Assembly: GCA_041389425.1 (NCBI GenBank)
Contig: JAWKRX010000020.1
Location: forward strand, 28,251 to 92,250
Direction of reading: 5' to 3'
Length of the DNA stretch: 64,000 bases
Source of the DNA: Myxococcota bacterium
GTDB lineage: Bacteria; Myxococcota_A; UBA9160; UBA4427
Position numbers and translations under genes: made by a program. Shown here piece by piece: positions 59,271 through 64,000 of this stretch (its first letter is position 1; each line of letters begins with the position of its first letter). The notes under the pieces are model-generated. The model ran no database searches and was not told the origin of the DNA. It saw only the letters and a list, made by a program, of their open reading frames with translations.

Positions 59271-60662
59271 TGCTGGGAAATCTCAAGCGAGAAATCGATC
59301 AGATCGCCAAGGACAAGGGCATCGATTCCAAGGAGATCACGGGCGCCCTCGAGGAGGCGATGCGCCAGGCTGCGCGCCGACGCTTCGGCCAGGACAAGGA
59401 GATCGAGGCCCGGTACAACGACGAGATCGGCGAGGTCGAGCTCTTCGAGTTCCGGGAGGTCGTCGAGGAGATCACGGATCCCGAGACCCAGATCCTCATC
59501 GCCGAGGCGCGCCGCGACTACGATCCCGAGGTCGAAGCCGGCGACGAGATCGGCGTCAAGCTCATACCTCCGGACTTCGGACGCATCCTCGCCCAGGCCG
59601 CGAAGCGGTGATCATCCAGCGCCTGCGCGACGCGAACGCGACAACACCTTCGACGAGTACCGTGATCGCCAGGGCGAGGTCGTGAACGGCATCGTCCGCC
59701 GCTTCGAGAAGGGCTCGATCATCGTCGACCTCGGACGTGCCGAGGCGATCATCCCGCCGAAGGAGCAGGTGCCGCGCGAGCTATCGGCCAGGCGATCGGG
59801 TCCGCGCCTACGTGCTCGAGGTGAACAAGAACGCGAAGGGGCCCCAGATCGTGCTCTCCGCGCTTCGATCAACTTCCTCGACGAAGCTGTTCGAGCAGGA
59901 AGTCCCGGAGATGTACGAGAAGATCGTCTCGATCGAGTCGGCGGCGCGCGAGCCCGGCGGGCGATCGAAGATCGCGGTCGTCTCGCGCGACAGCGACCGA
60001 CCCGGTCGGTGCCTGCGTCGGCATGAAGGGCAGCCGCGTCCAGGCCGTGGTGCAGGAGCTGCGCGGCGAGCCTCATCGACATCGTGCCCTGGAGCCCGGA
60101 TACGGCGCGTTATGTCTGCAGCGCCCTGTCGCCGGCCCAGGTCTCGAAGGTCATCATCGACGAGCAGGAGAAGGCGATCGACGTGATCGTGCCGGACGAT
60201 CAGCTCTCGCTGGCGATCGGGCGGCGCGGACAGAACGTGCGGCTCGCGGTGCAGCTCACGGGCTGGAAGATCGACATCAAGAGCGAGACCAAGATGCGCG
60301 AGATCGCGGACTGGCTCTCGAAGGCGGTCTCGGTCGTCGACGGCTGCGGGGATCCCGAGGCGGATCTGCTGCTCCAGCAGGGCATCCTCTCGCTCGAGGA
60401 CCTCGCGAACTGCAACTCGGACGTGCTCACGGCACTCCCGGGGATCGACGAAGCGGGCGCGGGGCGGATCAAGCAGCAGGCCCGCGAGCTGGTGCAGGTC
60501 AAGGTCGCGGAAGAAGAGCGCAAGGCCCAGGAAGAGGCGGCGCGCGAGCTCCAGAAGCGAGTCGAGGCGGAGGCCGCATCGGCCGCGCTGCGCGCGGAAC
60601 GGAGCGAGAGCGGATTGCCGGCGGAGCCGCCTTCGGGTCCCGCGGCGGAGCGGGCCGAATAG
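59267..60662 (+). pseudogene. nusA: Transcription termination/antitermination factor NusA, reading frame broken about 7 times between 59606 and 60074
   Basis: The NTD is intact (59267/59270..59611: [17 protein letters not shown]...[10 protein letters not shown]). The S1 and KH1 segments are recognisable but scattered over all three frames: VIIQRLRDA / [48 protein letters not shown] / [26 protein letters not shown] / ASINFL / [39 protein letters not shown] / [26 protein letters not shown]2 and the C-terminus are intact from 60084 ([20 protein letters not shown]...[28 protein letters not shown]). Confidence 0.85.
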
Positions 60663-60791
60663 CAGGAACGGGCGACTCGGGGGCAGGGCGTCGGCCTTTG
60701 GGGCGCGACGGGGAGCCCGGAACGAACAGGATCGAGAACGCGCCCGGGGCACGCGCATCAGGCGGGCCGGGCGGGAACGACACGGGAATCG

Positions 60792-63287
<2,496 letters not shown>

Positions 63288-63351
63288 CCGCAGACTCCGG
63301 CGGGCGCCGCGGAGGGGGTCGCTCCCATCCGCCGCGCCCCGTCCCGGCGTC

Positions 63352-63370
63352 GGATCCCGACACGGGATCC
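63352..63370 (+). other. 8-bp perfect hairpin ggatcccg-aca-cgggatcc in the infB-DUF503 spacer
   Basis: Read directly. No U-tract follows. Confidence 0.4.
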
Positions 63371-63423
63371 CGTCGCCGTCCGGAGCAGCACCCCGGCGGT
63401 CGGGGGCCGGGAGGGGGCGGCGC

Positions 63424-63861
63424 ATGATCGTCGGAGTGGCCGTCGTCGAGCTGCGGGTCCACGAGTCGCAATCGCTGAAGGAGAAGCGGGGCGTGGTGCG
63501 CCGGATCGTCGGGCGCCTGCGGCATCGCTTCAACGTGTCGGTCGCGGAGGTCGGCGGGCAGGAGACCTGGCAGCGGGCGGTCGTGGGGATCGCGTGGGTC
63601 GGCAACGATGAAGGCGTCGTCCGGCGCGGGCTCCGGCAGGCCCTCGAGCTCGTCGACGAAATGCATCTCGCCGAGGTCCTCGGGAGCGAGATCGAGCTGA
63701 TGCGATTGCCGCTCGACGCCGGGGCTTTCGACGCCGGCGACGCCGACGAAGACGCGTTCGGAGACGGTACGGGCCGCGCCGAACGCGGGGAAGAAGATCT
63801 GGATCTGCCGTGGTCGCGCGCGTCTTCGGACCCCGCCGGCGGCGATGAGGGAAAGGGGTAG
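63424..63861 (+). CDS. DUF503 (YlxP-like) protein with acidic C-terminal extension
   Basis: VVELRVHESQSLKEKRGVVRRIVGRLRHRFNVSVAEVGGQETWQRAVVGIA. The position between infB and rbfA is typical. Confidence 0.75.
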   Translation: MIVGVAVVELRVHESQSLKEKRGVVRRIVGRLRHRFNVSVAEVGGQETWQRAVVGIAWVGNDEGVVRRGLRQALELVDEMHLAEVLGSEIELMRLPLDAGAFDAGDADEDAFGDGTGRAERGEEDLDLPWSRASSDPAGGDEGKG

Positions 63862-63867
63862 GACGGC

Positions 63868-64000
63868 TTGGCCGATTCGGTCCGCGTACAGCGGGTGGCG
63901 GAGCAGATCCGCGCGGAGCTGTCGGGAGTCCTGCGCGACGAGGTGCGGGATCCGCGGCTGCGCTTGATCACGATCACGCGCGTGAAGCTCGCCGTCGATC
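63868..64000 (+). CDS. rbfA: Ribosome-binding factor A (5' part; runs off the window end)
   Basis: TTG start at 63868. (M)ADSVRVQRVAEQIRAELSGVLRDEVRDPRLRLITITRVKLAVD. Confidence 0.75.
   Translation, partial: MADSVRVQRVAEQIRAELSGVLRDEVRDPRLRLITITRVKLAVD

Noticed and set aside
59609-59611. The in-frame TGA ending the nusA N-terminal segment as selenocysteine or programmed recoding.
   Set aside because: The downstream conserved sequence continues in a different frame, and six further frame changes follow. No SECIS-like or slippery-site logic fits seven separate events, so indels are the simpler explanation.

Overview
Very GC-rich (roughly 70% by eye) bacterial chromosomal segment that is almost fully coding. 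I call 52 protein-coding genes, one of which (nusA) is disrupted. There are no rRNA or tRNA genes, no CRISPR array, and no transposase, integrase or prophage block. The track contains many long Arg/Pro/Gly-rich ORFs that run antisense to real genes. I treated these as GC artefacts and re-derived starts by hand; many real starts are GTG or TTG with 4-nt start/stop overlaps.

Content in order:
- (1) Redox enzymes, followed by three PEP-CTERM (exosortase-substrate) surface proteins at 2-7.5 kb.
- (2) A same-strand transporter block at 8-14.6 kb: cstA plus a YbdD-like micro-ORF, a DASS/SLC13 carrier, an APC amino-acid permease and a CaCA exchanger.
- (3) Assorted oxidoreductase and small-molecule genes at 14.6-22 kb.
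- (4) A cell-envelope block at 22-28 kb. It holds an LVIVD-like lipoprotein, an SLT lytic transglycosylase, and an operon encoding an Lpp-like lipoprotein, a YafK-like protein and a YbiS-like L,D-transpeptidase.
- (5) An orphan rplX-rpmG pair, fdxA, aroE, a family-4 UDG, and a thioredoxin-thioredoxin-octahaem lipoprotein that follows a non-canonical Hsp70 / J-domain pair (31-38.6 kb).
- (6) yebC-ruvCAB.
- (7) An FG-GAP protein, a membrane Ser/Thr kinase with a long array of 13-residue repeats, lpxC, a PilZ gene and a 2634-aa all-TPR giant (42-55.8 kb).
- (8) A rimI-like gene, pyrK-pyrD and the rimP-nusA-infB-DUF503-rbfA operon. Here nusA is broken by about 7 indels within about 470 bp.

The gene content (LpxC, PEP-CTERM, Hanks kinase, giant TPR, FG-GAP, extra Hsp70) suggests a Gram-negative, Myxococcota/deltaproteobacteria-like organism. 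That is inference only.

All family assignments come from motifs I recognise in the translations. No database search was run.
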